DNA of 64,000 bases from an uncultured Candidatus Binatia bacterium (GTDB lineage Bacteria; Desulfobacterota; Binatia; UBA9968; JAJDTQ01), in contig OZ219754.1 of NCBI GenBank assembly GCA_964291295.2, positions 1,696,001-1,760,000 of the forward strand, read 5' to 3'. The translations under genes were made by a program, and so were the position numbers. Positions 29,673-39,511 of this stretch are shown here, piece by piece. Under the pieces are notes generated by a model, which did not search any database, had not been told where the DNA came from, and worked only from the letters and a program-made list of their open reading frames with translations. Position 1 is the first letter of the stretch; every line of letters begins with the position of its first letter.

Positions 29673-30684
29673 GGGGAGGGGACTCCCGGCCCAGGCGGTA
29701 TTCTCGGCGCGGGTTCGTGACGGCGATGAGGTCGATGACGTCCGGACCGAGGCCGGCCCTTTCGAGGCTTGCCAGCGGGTCGGGATCGCCGGGCGGAAAC
29801 GGCGCGTCGCCGCCCAGCAGGATGCGTTCGGACCCCACCAGGTCCCGGAGAAACCGCAGCGCGTCCCGGCTGTGCAGGATGCTGTCGTAAAGGAACCGGC
29901 GCATATAGGCGCTGGGCGGCCGGGCTGCACGCTCTCCGGCGGCGCGCCCACCGGCGGCGTCGTGCATGCGGTCGAAACGGCCGATGAGGTAGGGCAGATT
30001 GCCGCCGCCGTGGGACAGCAGCAGCCGGAGCTTCGGAAAACGGTCCAGGGTGCCGCTCATGATCATGGAGCCCACCGCCAGGGTAGTGTCCATGGTGTAG
30101 GCGCAGATCTGGTTGAGGCTGAAGTTCTCGGCGCGCGGCAACGGCCGCGGCAGCGAAGGGTGCACGAAGGCCGGTACGTCCAGCGCCTCGCATGCGCTCC
30201 AGAACGCGTCCAGGGGAACCTCCCCGAGGTTGCGGCCGTCGATGTTGGCGGTGACGATGACGCCCACGGCGCCGTGGTCCACACAGCGCTCCAGCTCCCG
30301 CGCCGCCTTCGCGTCGTCGGTCAGTGGCGCCGATGCCATCCACGAGAACCGCTCCGGACGGGCCGCGCTCAACTCCGCGAGGCTGTCGTTCAGGATGCGG
30401 TGCCAGCGGTGGCACCGGGCGGCATCCAGGCCGTAGCCGAAGATGTCGGTCCACACCGACAGGATCTGCCGTTGGACCCGCTGGCGGTCCATCTCCGCAA
30501 GGCGCGCTTCGATGTCCAGCAGGCCGGGAAGGAACGGGCGCACCTCCAGGCCGTCGTCGAAGCGGCAACAGCGCCCGCGGCGACCCTTGTCCACCAGCGC
30601 AATGCCGAGTTCGGCGCCCCGGTCGGCCAGCGCGTCCAGGACGCCCGGCGGCACGAAATGCGCATGTACGTCAATCGCGGTCAC
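29647..30684 (-). CDS. amidohydrolase/ACMSD-like decarboxylase
   Basis: IDVHAH, FVHP, LDRFPKL, HGGG.LP, GGDAPF. Confidence 0.9.
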   Translation of the reverse strand: MTAIDVHAHFVPPGVLDALADRGAELGIALVDKGRRGRCCRFDDGLEVRPFLPGLLDIEARLAEMDRQRVQRQILSVWTDIFGYGLDAARCHRWHRILNDSLAELSAARPERFSWMASAPLTDDAKAARELERCVDHGAVGVIVTANIDGRNLGEVPLDAFWSACEALDVPAFVHPSLPRPLPRAENFSLNQICAYTMDTTLAVGSMIMSGTLDRFPKLRLLLSHGGGNLPYLIGRFDRMHDAAGGRAAGERAARPPSAYMRRFLYDSILHSRDALRFLRDLVGSERILLGGDAPFPPGDPDPLASLERAGLGPDVIDLIAVTNPRREYRLGRESPPHGPATIQS

Positions 30685-31483
30685 GGGAACGATCCATCAA
30701 CGCCTTTTCCTGGCCGCCGTCGATCTCGATCATGGTGCCGTTGGCAAAGTGCATGAGGGGCGACGCCAGCATCGCGACGAGGTTCGCCACCTCATCGGTC
30801 TCGGCAATGCGCCCCAGCGGGATCGACCGGGGCGCCAACTGGTCGGCTTCGTCGTAGCTGAGGTTCATGTCCCGGGACATGGCCTTCACCAGCCCGGTCC
30901 ACCGTTCGGTGCGAACCGGCCCCGGATTCACCGCCACGAAGCTGATGCCGTACTTGCCGTACTGGCCCGCCAGCGACCGGGTCAGGTTCTGCCCCGCGGC
31001 GTTGGCCGCACCCGGGGCGATCTCCCAGTAGGACGGCTTGACGCCGTCGTTGCCGATGAGGTTCACGACGCGGCCGCCGCCCTGCGCGCGCATGATCGGA
31101 AGCGCATGGCGCATGCAGCGCACGTATCCCATGAACTTGAGTTGCAGCGACAGCGCCCAGTCCTCTTCCGTCAGCGTTTCGATGACCCCGCCCGGCGCCG
31201 ACCCGGCGTTGTTCACCAGGATGTCGATGCGCCCCAGCGCCGCGGCCGCGGCCTGGATGAACCGGCGGGCGTCCCCGTCCCGGGTCAGGTCCGCGGCAAT
31301 GGGAACGATCTTCCGGCCGGTGGCGCCGGCCACGGCCGCGGCGGTCTCCTCCAGCGGCCCGGCCCGCCGCGCGCACAGGGCCACGTCCGCGCCCTCCCGC
31401 GCCAACGCTTCCACGATGGCCTTGCCGATGCCCTCGCTGCCGCCGGTCACGACAGCCTTCCTGCCCTGAAGCTCCAGATCCAT
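30671..31483 (-). CDS. SDR family oxidoreductase
   Basis: MDLELQGRKAVVTGGSEGIG, ILVNNAG, VNPGPVRT, IPLGR, IDGG. Confidence 0.92.
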   Translation of the reverse strand: MDLELQGRKAVVTGGSEGIGKAIVEALAREGADVALCARRAGPLEETAAAVAGATGRKIVPIAADLTRDGDARRFIQAAAAALGRIDILVNNAGSAPGGVIETLTEEDWALSLQLKFMGYVRCMRHALPIMRAQGGGRVVNLIGNDGVKPSYWEIAPGAANAAGQNLTRSLAGQYGKYGISFVAVNPGPVRTERWTGLVKAMSRDMNLSYDEADQLAPRSIPLGRIAETDEVANLVAMLASPLMHFANGTMIEIDGGQEKALMDRSRDRD

Positions 31484-31509
31484 GTGGTCCTCTCCCTGGT
31501 TCTCTCCCG

Positions 31510-33042
31510 TCAATCCGTCCGGCCCGCGGCAGGCCGGGCGTTCTGCCCCGCCGCGAACAGGTCGCCGTACTCTTTCCGCAACGCCGCCCGGGTCACCTTG
31601 CCGAGTTCGTTGCGGGGAATGGACTCCACGGCGATGATCCGCTTCGGTACCTTGTACGAAGCCAGTTCCGTCTTGAGATAGCCGATGCACGCGCGTTCGT
31701 CGAACGATGCCCGGTCCGGCGACAGCACCACCGCCACCACGGCTTCTCCGAAATCGGGATGCGGCACGCCGAAGACGGCGGCGTCGGCGATGCCGTCCGC
31801 CCGGTCCAGGGCGTCCTCCACCTCCCTGGGGTAGACGTTCAGCCCGCCGGAGATGATCATGTCGCTGTCCCGTCCCAGGATGCGGACACACCCCTGGTGG
31901 TCGATTTCCGCCACGTCGCCGGTCACCAGCCAGCCGTCGTCGGTGAACGGCCGCGCATCCGGCCGGTTCCAGTAGCCCGCGAACACGTTGTGTCCGCGGG
32001 TTTCCAGCACGCCGGTGGCGGCGGACTCGAAACGCCCGTGCTCGTTGGCCACACGCACGCGCACCCCCGGAAGCGGCCAGCCCACCCAGCCGCGCCGGTC
32101 TGCGGTGCCCGGCGGCAGGGCGGTGATGATGGCGGCCTCGGTGGAGCCGTAGCGCTCGATGATCTCCATCCCGGCAACCTGCCGGAACCGGTCGGCGATG
32201 TCCGGGGCCAAGGGCGCCGAGCCGGAGATGGCCAGACGAAACGAGCCGGTCGCGGCGCGGGCCAGGCCCGGCTCCTGCAGCAGCCGCGCGTAGTGCGTCG
32301 GCACGCCCATCATGACGCTGCAGCGCGGCAACTCCCGCAACACCGTTTCCGCTTCGAAGCCGGGCAGAAAGCAGATGGCCCCGCCCGCTCTCAGCAGGAC
32401 GTTGATGGCGGTCAGGAGCCCGTGGGCATGATAGGCCGGCAATGCGTGCAGCAGCACATCCCCGCGACCCAGGCGCCATGCTTGCGCCAACGCGCCGGCG
32501 CTGGCGGCCAGGTTGCCGTGCGTGATCAGCGCTCCCTTGGGACGGCCGGTGGTGCCCGAGGTGTAGAGCAGCGCCGCCGGCGCTCGGTCCCGCAGCAGCG
32601 CCGCCGGTGCCGGCTCGGCGGCGCACGCCAGCTCGGCAAAGGAGCCCTGGTCGCCGCGAAGGCTCTCCAGGCGGAAACCCTGTCGTGCGGCCGCGGCGTC
32701 GAAGGTGGCCGCCTCGCCGGGGTCGCAGACGAACAGGCCGGGGCGCGCGTCCGCCAGCAGTGCCTCCACTTCACGCCGCGTGTAGGCCGTGTTCATGGGG
32801 TGCAGGATAGCCCCGACCTTGAAGCAGGCGTGGGCCAGGAAGACGGCCTCGACGCATTTGCCGACCCTCACGGAGACCCGGTCGCCGACCCCGACGCCAC
32901 AGGCCTTCAGAGCGCCCGCGGCCCGGTCGATGGCGGACAGCGTTTCGCCGGTGGAGACAACCCGGCCGCCGGGAATGACGAACGCCGGATCGGCGGCGGC
33001 GCGCCCTCCATACAGTGCGTGAACCAGATTGCCGCCAGTCAT
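31510..33042 (-). CDS. acyl-CoA synthetase (malonyl-CoA synthetase MatB-like)
   Basis: YTSGTTGRPKG, HALPAYHAHGL, ERYGSTE, TGD, IISGGLNVYPREVE, PHPDFGE, YKVPK; start may be slightly upstream. Confidence 0.9.
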   Translation of the reverse strand: MTGGNLVHALYGGRAAADPAFVIPGGRVVSTGETLSAIDRAAGALKACGVGVGDRVSVRVGKCVEAVFLAHACFKVGAILHPMNTAYTRREVEALLADARPGLFVCDPGEAATFDAAAARQGFRLESLRGDQGSFAELACAAEPAPAALLRDRAPAALLYTSGTTGRPKGALITHGNLAASAGALAQAWRLGRGDVLLHALPAYHAHGLLTAINVLLRAGGAICFLPGFEAETVLRELPRCSVMMGVPTHYARLLQEPGLARAATGSFRLAISGSAPLAPDIADRFRQVAGMEIIERYGSTEAAIITALPPGTADRRGWVGWPLPGVRVRVANEHGRFESAATGVLETRGHNVFAGYWNRPDARPFTDDGWLVTGDVAEIDHQGCVRILGRDSDMIISGGLNVYPREVEDALDRADGIADAAVFGVPHPDFGEAVVAVVLSPDRASFDERACIGYLKTELASYKVPKRIIAVESIPRNELGKVTRAALRKEYGDLFAAGQNARPAAGRTD

Positions 33043-33186
33043 GTCATCAGGAGAAGAATCCACCGGATGCGTCCCCGCCTTGTTCCGCCTCGACAGGTCC
33101 GTCCTCGACCCGTCCCGCCTTCGATTTCTCAACCCGTTCCGCCTCCGATTTGTCCCGCCCTCGGCGATGACACCGCGGCGTTCCGG

Positions 33187-33978
33187 TCAGCGGCCCCGAA
33201 ACGCGGGCTTGCGCCGCTCCTGGAACGCGGAAAGGCCTTCGGCGTAGTCCGTGCTCGCGTCCGCTTCGAGAGCGAGCCGGCGCGACGCCTCGCCGGCGCC
33301 ATCCCCCCGCGCCAGGGCGGCCAGCGCGGCCTTGGCCGCGGACAGGGTCAAGGGGGCGTTGGCGGCGATGTCCCGGGCCAGGCGCCGGCCTTCCGCCAGC
33401 ACCGTCCCGGGCTGGACCAGACGGTGCACCGCACCCCGGGAATGGGCCGTGCGCGCTTCGCAGCGCTGGCCGCCCAGGAGCAGGCCGCGCACCGCCGAGT
33501 CCCCGAACACGCGCACGAAGCGGGCGAGGCCGCGGGGGTCGTAGCCCAGTCCCAGGCGGGCGGCCGGGACCATGAGGTAGGCATCGTCCGCGGCGATCCG
33601 GAGGTCGCAGGCACAGGCCAGCGATGCGCCGGCGCCCACGCACGGGCCGGCGATGCCGGCCAGGGTCGGTTGCGGCACCGCCTCGAAGGCGCGCAGGGCG
33701 CTCTCCACCAGATCGTCATAGGCGCGGGTGGCCCCGGGCGCGCGCAGGGCCGCGAACTCCCGGATGTCGGCACCGGACGAGAACACCGTTTCGTCGCCGG
33801 CCAGCAGGATCACCCGCACCGAGCGGTCCCGGGCCACGTCCCTGGCGAAGCGCCGCAGTTCGCGCCACATGGCGGACGAGAGCGCGTTGCGGCTGTCGCG
33901 GCGGCACAGCCGCAACTCGGCCACGCCGCCGGCCGTGGAGAGCCGCATGGCGCCCGCGGCCAGTGCGACGCTGCTCAC
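33187..33978 (-). CDS. enoyl-CoA hydratase/isomerase
   Basis: RNALS, FSSGADI, GPCVGAG, CDLRIA, PAARLGL, DYAEG..AF.ERRKP.F. Confidence 0.9.
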   Translation of the reverse strand: MSSVALAAGAMRLSTAGGVAELRLCRRDSRNALSSAMWRELRRFARDVARDRSVRVILLAGDETVFSSGADIREFAALRAPGATRAYDDLVESALRAFEAVPQPTLAGIAGPCVGAGASLACACDLRIAADDAYLMVPAARLGLGYDPRGLARFVRVFGDSAVRGLLLGGQRCEARTAHSRGAVHRLVQPGTVLAEGRRLARDIAANAPLTLSAAKAALAALARGDGAGEASRRLALEADASTDYAEGLSAFQERRKPAFRGR

Positions 33979-34829
33979 CCCTTGCTCCCGTGCGCCATCC
34001 AGTTGCCGGCGGCCACCGCGTGGAACAACTCCGCGAGCGCCGCGCTGACGGCCGCCGGCTCCTCCAGGGTCAGCGTGTGTCCCGAACGCGGGACCACCAC
34101 CAGCGCGGCTGCGGGAGCGGTGCGCTTGAGGAAAACGCTGCCGTCCAGGCAGGGATCGTCCTCGTCGCCGACCATGACCAGCAACGGAACCTCAAGCCGC
34201 GACAAGGGCTCTTCCAGATCCCACAAGGTCGGGCGCAGGCCTTGAACCCGGGCCATGGTATGGGCCAGGCCTGTGGCCGAATGGTCGGCGAGGCTCTGCT
34301 CGAACTCGGCGAAGCCGCGCGGGTCCTTGGCCTCGAACGGTTTGCGCATGGGGTAGCGGGCGTAGGTGGCGGCCGCCTCCGGCATGGGCTCGTCCCGGAA
34401 CATGCGGGCGATGTCCGCGCACAGGGCGGCCCGTTCCCCGCGTTCGCCGGGATTCGAGCCCCAGCCACAGCCGATGGCGGCCACGGACAGGCATCGCTCG
34501 GGATGCCGGATGGCCACATGGAGCGCGGTGTAGGCGCCCATGGAATGGCCGACGATGTGGGCCTGCTTCAGCCCGAGACCATCCAGCACCGCCACCACGT
34601 CGCTTCGGGCGATGTCCTGACCGTAGGCGTCGGGCGATTCGGGGACATCCGACGGCAGGTAGCCGCGGGCGTCGAAGGCGATGCAGCGGTTGGAGCGCGA
34701 GAAGAACCGCACCTGCGGCTCGAAGCTCCGGTGGTCGCCGGCGAACTCGTGCACGAACAGTATGGGGACACCCCGTCCGGACTCTTCGTAGTACAGCCGG
34801 GTACCGTCGGATGCGGTGATGGTCGGCAA
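33975..34829 (-). CDS. alpha/beta hydrolase
   Basis: HEFAGD, DARGY.PS, GHSMGA, GDED, SGH. Confidence 0.9.
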   Translation of the reverse strand: MPTITASDGTRLYYEESGRGVPILFVHEFAGDHRSFEPQVRFFSRSNRCIAFDARGYLPSDVPESPDAYGQDIARSDVVAVLDGLGLKQAHIVGHSMGAYTALHVAIRHPERCLSVAAIGCGWGSNPGERGERAALCADIARMFRDEPMPEAAATYARYPMRKPFEAKDPRGFAEFEQSLADHSATGLAHTMARVQGLRPTLWDLEEPLSRLEVPLLVMVGDEDDPCLDGSVFLKRTAPAAALVVVPRSGHTLTLEEPAAVSAALAELFHAVAAGNWMAHGSKG

Positions 34830-34874
34830 CGATGCCCTCCTCGGAGAAAGGATAGTGCAATCGCGGGCGTCTTC

Positions 34875-35276
34875 CTATCCCAGCTCGTTTCGACGCAGGC
34901 TCAGCAATACGGCCGAGCCCGAGGACACCCCCACCGCGATGAGGGAGTACATCAGCGCCAACAGGACGTCGGCGCCCGCCGGCGGCGGGTTGTGGCTCCA
35001 GTACAGGAACAGATTGACCACGACGTAGAGGGCGTAGGCGTGCGCCATGCCCATGACAAGGCGTTTCATGCGCCACAGGCCCAGGCCGTAGAGCACCAGA
35101 AAGGCGCCGAACAGGAGGCTCCACACCACGCTGTCGCTGCCCGTCAGGCGAGTCCCGAACAGGACGAAACCGCTGTGCTCGGTGAGTTGGAGCGGCTTGA
35201 TGAAGTTCGAGACCGCCAGCAGCCAGAAGCAGACGGCGAGTCCGCGAAACGTTCGCACCCATCGTGTCTCGATCAT
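34875..35276 (-). CDS. hypothetical four-TM membrane protein
   Basis: Hydrophobic 133 aa ORF with AAGGAGG RBS, co-oriented in the operon. Confidence 0.75.
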   Translation of the reverse strand: MIETRWVRTFRGLAVCFWLLAVSNFIKPLQLTEHSGFVLFGTRLTGSDSVVWSLLFGAFLVLYGLGLWRMKRLVMGMAHAYALYVVVNLFLYWSHNPPPAGADVLLALMYSLIAVGVSSGSAVLLSLRRNELG

Positions 35277-35366
35277 GGTCGTCCTCCTTCGGTCTTTGCG
35301 GTCGCATGCACAAGTCCCGGCAACCGGAGCCGGCGGCCACTCCAGCGTCGAGGCGGCCGCAGCCCG

Positions 35367-37877
35367 TCAGGCTTCGCGCAGCACCGCCACCGGCGGCGAT
35401 TGGACGAGCTTGCGGGTGCCGAGGTGGCCGACGGTGGCCACCACCAGCATGCCGAACACCGGGCCCGCGATCCAGAGCTCCGGATGCCAGCGGGTGGAGA
35501 GCTCGAAGACGTAGTGGTTGAGGGCGAATGTCGTGAGTTCCGCACCGGCCACGGCGACGATGCCCGCACACGCGCCGAGGGCCGCAAACTCGGTCGCCAG
35601 CGCGCCGGTGATGAGCCGGCGGGTTCCCCCCAGGGCACGCAACAGTGCCAGCTCCTTGAGGCGCCGGTCGCGGCTGGACTGGATGCAGGCGATCAGAACC
35701 AGAATGCCGGCGCACAGCACCAGGGACAGCACCAGTTCGACGGCCTGGGCGACGCGGGTGACGATGAGGCGGAGACGCGCAAGGATATGGTCCACGTCGA
35801 TGACCGAGATGGTCGGGTACCGGGACAGCAGCTCGTTCAGAAACGGCTTCTGTTCAGGGGGGAGATAGAAGCTTGTCATGTACGTGGCCGGGTGTCCCTC
35901 GAGCGCACCGGGCGAAAGGATGATGAAGAAGTTGGGCTGAAGGCTGTCCCAGCGCACGCGTCGGGTATTGGTGACCGCCGCGGTGAACCGCAGGCTGCCG
36001 ACGTCGAAGGTGAGGCGATCGCCCACCGACAGACCGAGGGATGCGGCGTAGTCCTCTTCCAGCGACACCGACGGCGCGGCCCCGGCCGACCACCAGCGGC
36101 CCTCCACCACGACATTGTTGTCGGGCAGCTCCGACAGGAACGTCAGATTGCGTTCGCGCCGGATTCCGGGACGGCGCCGGCCGCCGGGTTCGGGGTCTCC
36201 GTCGCCGCGTTCCCGGCGCTGCCATTCGCGGGCGTCGATCCCGTTCACCGCACCGATCCGCCCGCGGATCATGGGAAACAGCTTGCCGTCGAAGGCGATG
36301 CGATCCGCCAGCAGCGCCCGCACCGCCGCCGTGTCGTCCGGCGCCACATTCACCAGGAACTGGTTGGGTGCGCGCTCCGGAATCCGCGCCCGCCATTCGT
36401 CCACCAGCGCCGTGCGGACCAGCAACAGGATGAGCAGCAGCATGATGGCCACGCCGAAGATCACGATCTGCGCCACGTTCTCGCGATGGCGGCGATGCAA
36501 CCCGGCCAGGGCAAGCCGCCAGACGCTCCCGGCCTGCATGCCCAACGCCCTTCCGCCCCGCAGCAGGAGCAGGGCGAGACCGGCGAAGACCCCGACCGTG
36601 GCCGCGGTGCATCCCAGCACCCAGAGCGTCAGCGGGAGGTTGCCGCTGTACCAGAGCAGCAGGCCCAGTCCGCCGATGGCGGCCAGACCGTAGGTCAGGG
36701 TCGCCCCCGCGCCCGGCACGGGATCCCGGCGGATGACCCGCATGGGCGAAACGTCGCGCAGTTCCCGCAGCGGCGGCCAGCCGAAGGCGAGAACGCAGAT
36801 GAAGCCGGTGGCCAGCCCCACCAGCACCGGACGCGGTCCCGGCACCGGCAATGCGACCGGCAGCAGGTCGGCCAGGGCCGCAAGGATGCCGAAATGAACC
36901 AGGCCGCCCAAGGCCAGCCCGCACGACGCTCCGGTGATGCCGATGACCAGGAGCACCACGGCATAGCCCCACTGGATCTCCGCTGGTCCGACACCCAGGG
37001 TCTTCAGGACGGCGACATGGTCGTAGTGCCGGCGGGCGTAGCGGCGGGCGCTCAGCGCCACGGCGACGCCGGCCAGCAGCACCGTCAGCAGGCCGCCGAG
37101 CAGCAGGAAGCTCTCGGCCCGCTCCAGGGTGCGGCCGATGCGGGCGTTGGCGCGGCGGACGTCACGCCAGCGGTAGCCGGGCTGGAGTTGGTTCTCGAGG
37201 GCTTCGCGGAGCGAGCGCAGGCCGGCGGCGTCGCCGGCCAACTGGAGACGATAGCGGATCCGGCTGCCGGGCTGAATCACCCGCGTGGCCGGCACGTCTT
37301 CCGCGCGCATCAGCAGGCGCGGTGCGAACTCCAGGAAACCGCCGCCCCGGTCCGGTTCCGACGCCAGCACCGCGGCCACCGTGAGCGACGCATAACCGAC
37401 GGAAACCGTATCCCCCACCTTCACGCCCAGTGCCGGGAACAGGCGGGATTCAAGCCACACTTCGCCCCGGCCGGGAACGTCGCCGGTGGCCCGGCCGCCG
37501 CCGAAAGGCTCCCGGGCCACCCGCAGCGTCCCGCGCAGCGGATAGCCCGGGGTCACCGCCTTGACGCTGGCCAGCTGACTGCGTTCCGTGCCGGCCGTGG
37601 ACACCATGGAGGGGAAGCGGATGACATCCGCGGCGGAGAGGCCGCGCGCCGCGGCGAGATCGCGGAACCGTTGCGGGATCGCTCGGGTGGCGTCGATGAC
37701 GCGGTCGGCACCGAGCAGCGTCGCCGATTCCGCCACCAGCGCCCGTTGCAGCCGGTCCACGAACAGGCTGATGGCCGTCACCGCGCCCACCGCCAGCAGC
37801 AGCGCCCCCAGCAGCAGACGCAACTCCCCGGCCCGCCAGTCACGGGCGGCCAACCGCAAGGCCAGGGACAGGGTCAT
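35367..37877 (-). CDS. ybbP: FtsX-like ABC transporter permease (YbbP-like)
   Basis: RDWRAGEL, VKAVTPGYPLRG, AVLKTLG, APNQFLVNV, PMIRGR, WDSLQPNF; adjacent to ybbA and tesA. Confidence 0.9.
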   Translation of the reverse strand: MTLSLALRLAARDWRAGELRLLLGALLLAVGAVTAISLFVDRLQRALVAESATLLGADRVIDATRAIPQRFRDLAAARGLSAADVIRFPSMVSTAGTERSQLASVKAVTPGYPLRGTLRVAREPFGGGRATGDVPGRGEVWLESRLFPALGVKVGDTVSVGYASLTVAAVLASEPDRGGGFLEFAPRLLMRAEDVPATRVIQPGSRIRYRLQLAGDAAGLRSLREALENQLQPGYRWRDVRRANARIGRTLERAESFLLLGGLLTVLLAGVAVALSARRYARRHYDHVAVLKTLGVGPAEIQWGYAVVLLVIGITGASCGLALGGLVHFGILAALADLLPVALPVPGPRPVLVGLATGFICVLAFGWPPLRELRDVSPMRVIRRDPVPGAGATLTYGLAAIGGLGLLLWYSGNLPLTLWVLGCTAATVGVFAGLALLLLRGGRALGMQAGSVWRLALAGLHRRHRENVAQIVIFGVAIMLLLILLLVRTALVDEWRARIPERAPNQFLVNVAPDDTAAVRALLADRIAFDGKLFPMIRGRIGAVNGIDAREWQRRERGDGDPEPGGRRRPGIRRERNLTFLSELPDNNVVVEGRWWSAGAAPSVSLEEDYAASLGLSVGDRLTFDVGSLRFTAAVTNTRRVRWDSLQPNFFIILSPGALEGHPATYMTSFYLPPEQKPFLNELLSRYPTISVIDVDHILARLRLIVTRVAQAVELVLSLVLCAGILVLIACIQSSRDRRLKELALLRALGGTRRLITGALATEFAALGACAGIVAVAGAELTTFALNHYVFELSTRWHPELWIAGPVFGMLVVATVGHLGTRKLVQSPPVAVLREA

Positions 37878-38563
37878 GGTGCCAGCCCCCGGGCTTCTTG
37901 AACCCGGCCGGCATCCAGATGGAGGACGGCACCGCAACGGCCGGCCAGAGCGACATCGTGCGTGACCAGCACCAGCGTCGTTCCCGCCTCCCGGTTCAGC
38001 TCGAACAGCAGGTCGGCAATGCGGGCGCCGGTGGCGGTGTCGAGGTTGCCGGTCGGCTCGTCCACGAACAACACCTTGGGCCCGGACGCGAACGCCCGCG
38101 CCATGGCCACCCGCTGCTGCTCGCCGCCCGACAGTTGCCGCGGATAGTGGCGGGTTCTCGCGGCCAGTCCCACGCGGTCCAGGAAACCCCGGGCGCCGTC
38201 TTCCGCCCGGCGGTGGCCGCGCAGTTCCAGGGGCAGCATCACGTTCTCCAGTGCGGTCAGGCTGTCGATGAGTTGAAAGGACTGGAAGACGAAGCCGACG
38301 CAGCGCCCACGCACGCGGGCGCGCCGCTCCTCGTCCAGGGCGGTGATCTCGTCGCCGTCCAGCCAGACGCGGCCGCTGGTAGGAAGATCGAGTCCCGCAA
38401 GGATGCCCAGCAGGGTGGTCTTTCCGGAACCGGATTCGCCCACCACGGCTACCTGTGCGCCGGCGTCGACCGCGAGGTCGACACCGGCCAGGATCGTCAG
38501 TTCACCCTCGGCCGTGGGAACGCGCTTGACCACGGCGCGAGCCCGCAATATGCATGCTGACAT
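37874..38563 (-). CDS. ybbA: ABC transporter ATP-binding protein (YbbA-like)
   Basis: GESGSGKT, LSGGEQQRVA, DEPTGNLD, VTHD. Confidence 0.92.
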   Translation of the reverse strand: MSACILRARAVVKRVPTAEGELTILAGVDLAVDAGAQVAVVGESGSGKTTLLGILAGLDLPTSGRVWLDGDEITALDEERRARVRGRCVGFVFQSFQLIDSLTALENVMLPLELRGHRRAEDGARGFLDRVGLAARTRHYPRQLSGGEQQRVAMARAFASGPKVLFVDEPTGNLDTATGARIADLLFELNREAGTTLVLVTHDVALAGRCGAVLHLDAGRVQEARGLAP

Positions 38564-39233
38564 GAAGCGTCTCTCGATTGGACGGCGGATCGGACGGCGT
38601 CCCGTTCCCCTGAAGGCGCTGCTGCGGAGTTTCTTGCTGGTGGCCGCGCTCGCCGTGGCCGCCTACGCGCCGGCGGCGGGCAAGAGCGTGCTGGTGCTGG
38701 GAGACAGTATCAGCGCCGCGTACGGACTTCAAACGGCGGACGGCGAGCGCGGCTGGGTCCAGCTGCTGCGGCAGCGCCTGGGGCCGCGTCATCGTGTGGT
38801 CAACGCCAGCATCAGCGGCGACACCACCGCCGGTGGGCTGGCGCGCCTGCCCCGGACGCTGGCGGTGCACCAGCCCGATATCGTCATCATCGAGCTGGGC
38901 GGCAACGATGGTCTGCGCGGTTACCCGGTGGCGGCCATCCGCGCCAACCTCCTGGCGATCACCGAGGCCGTTCTGGGCACCGGCGCCAGGCCGGTGCTGG
39001 CGGGCATGCGGATGCCTCCCAATCTGGGGCCGCGCTATACCGGGGCCTTCCGTGATCTCTTTGCCGACGTCGCGGCCGCCACCGGCGCCGCGCTGGTGCC
39101 GTTCCTGCTCGAAGGGGTGGCCACCGACCCGGCGCTGATGCAGCCGGATGGCATCCATCCCAACGCCGGAGCGCAGCCCGTGCTGCTGGACAATGTCTGG
39201 TCGGTGCTGGCACCGCTGCTGGCCGCGGACTGA
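38562..39233 (+). CDS. tesA: arylesterase/acyl-CoA thioesterase I (SGNH)
   Basis: LGDSISA, NASISGDTT, ELGGNDGLRG, DGIHP; head-to-head with ybbA. Confidence 0.92.
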   Translation: MKRLSIGRRIGRRPVPLKALLRSFLLVAALAVAAYAPAAGKSVLVLGDSISAAYGLQTADGERGWVQLLRQRLGPRHRVVNASISGDTTAGGLARLPRTLAVHQPDIVIIELGGNDGLRGYPVAAIRANLLAITEAVLGTGARPVLAGMRMPPNLGPRYTGAFRDLFADVAAATGAALVPFLLEGVATDPALMQPDGIHPNAGAQPVLLDNVWSVLAPLLAAD

Positions 39234-39332
39234 GGAAGGTCTGAACAACCCCGAGGCCGCTGGGGCTGAATCAAGAGAATCAGCAGGTTGCGAGCCGCTC
39301 CCGGCCGCGCCATCGCCTTGTTCATGTTTTCC
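39234..39332. mobile_element. MITE with IS5-family-like ends (copy 2, right end degenerate)
   Basis: GGAAGGTCTGAACAACCCCGA...GCTGGGGCTGAATCAA...ATCAGCAGGTTGCGAG shared with 26261-26357; right end TGTTCATGTTTTCC. Confidence 0.75.
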
Positions 39333-39511
39333 CCAAGGGGCGGGCCGGGTTCAGGAAACCCGGCGGCGAGGGTCGCACGCGCTCCAACGGCGTGGTTCCA
39401 TGCGGCACCGGAACTCGTCGAGGCCCAACTCCGGGCCAGGCGCGGCGTGATCCGGCGTGGTCCCATGCGCCGCCGGGGGCGCATGCCAGCGCAGGCCGAT
39501 CCTTTCCAGCG

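Noticed and set aside
33624-37901. 1425 aa + strand ORF and other long antisense ORFs (e.g. 16348..18150, 31759..34245, 51399..53567, 60922..63651)
   Set aside because: Shadow frames opposite well-supported genes in GC-rich DNA; no recognisable motifs
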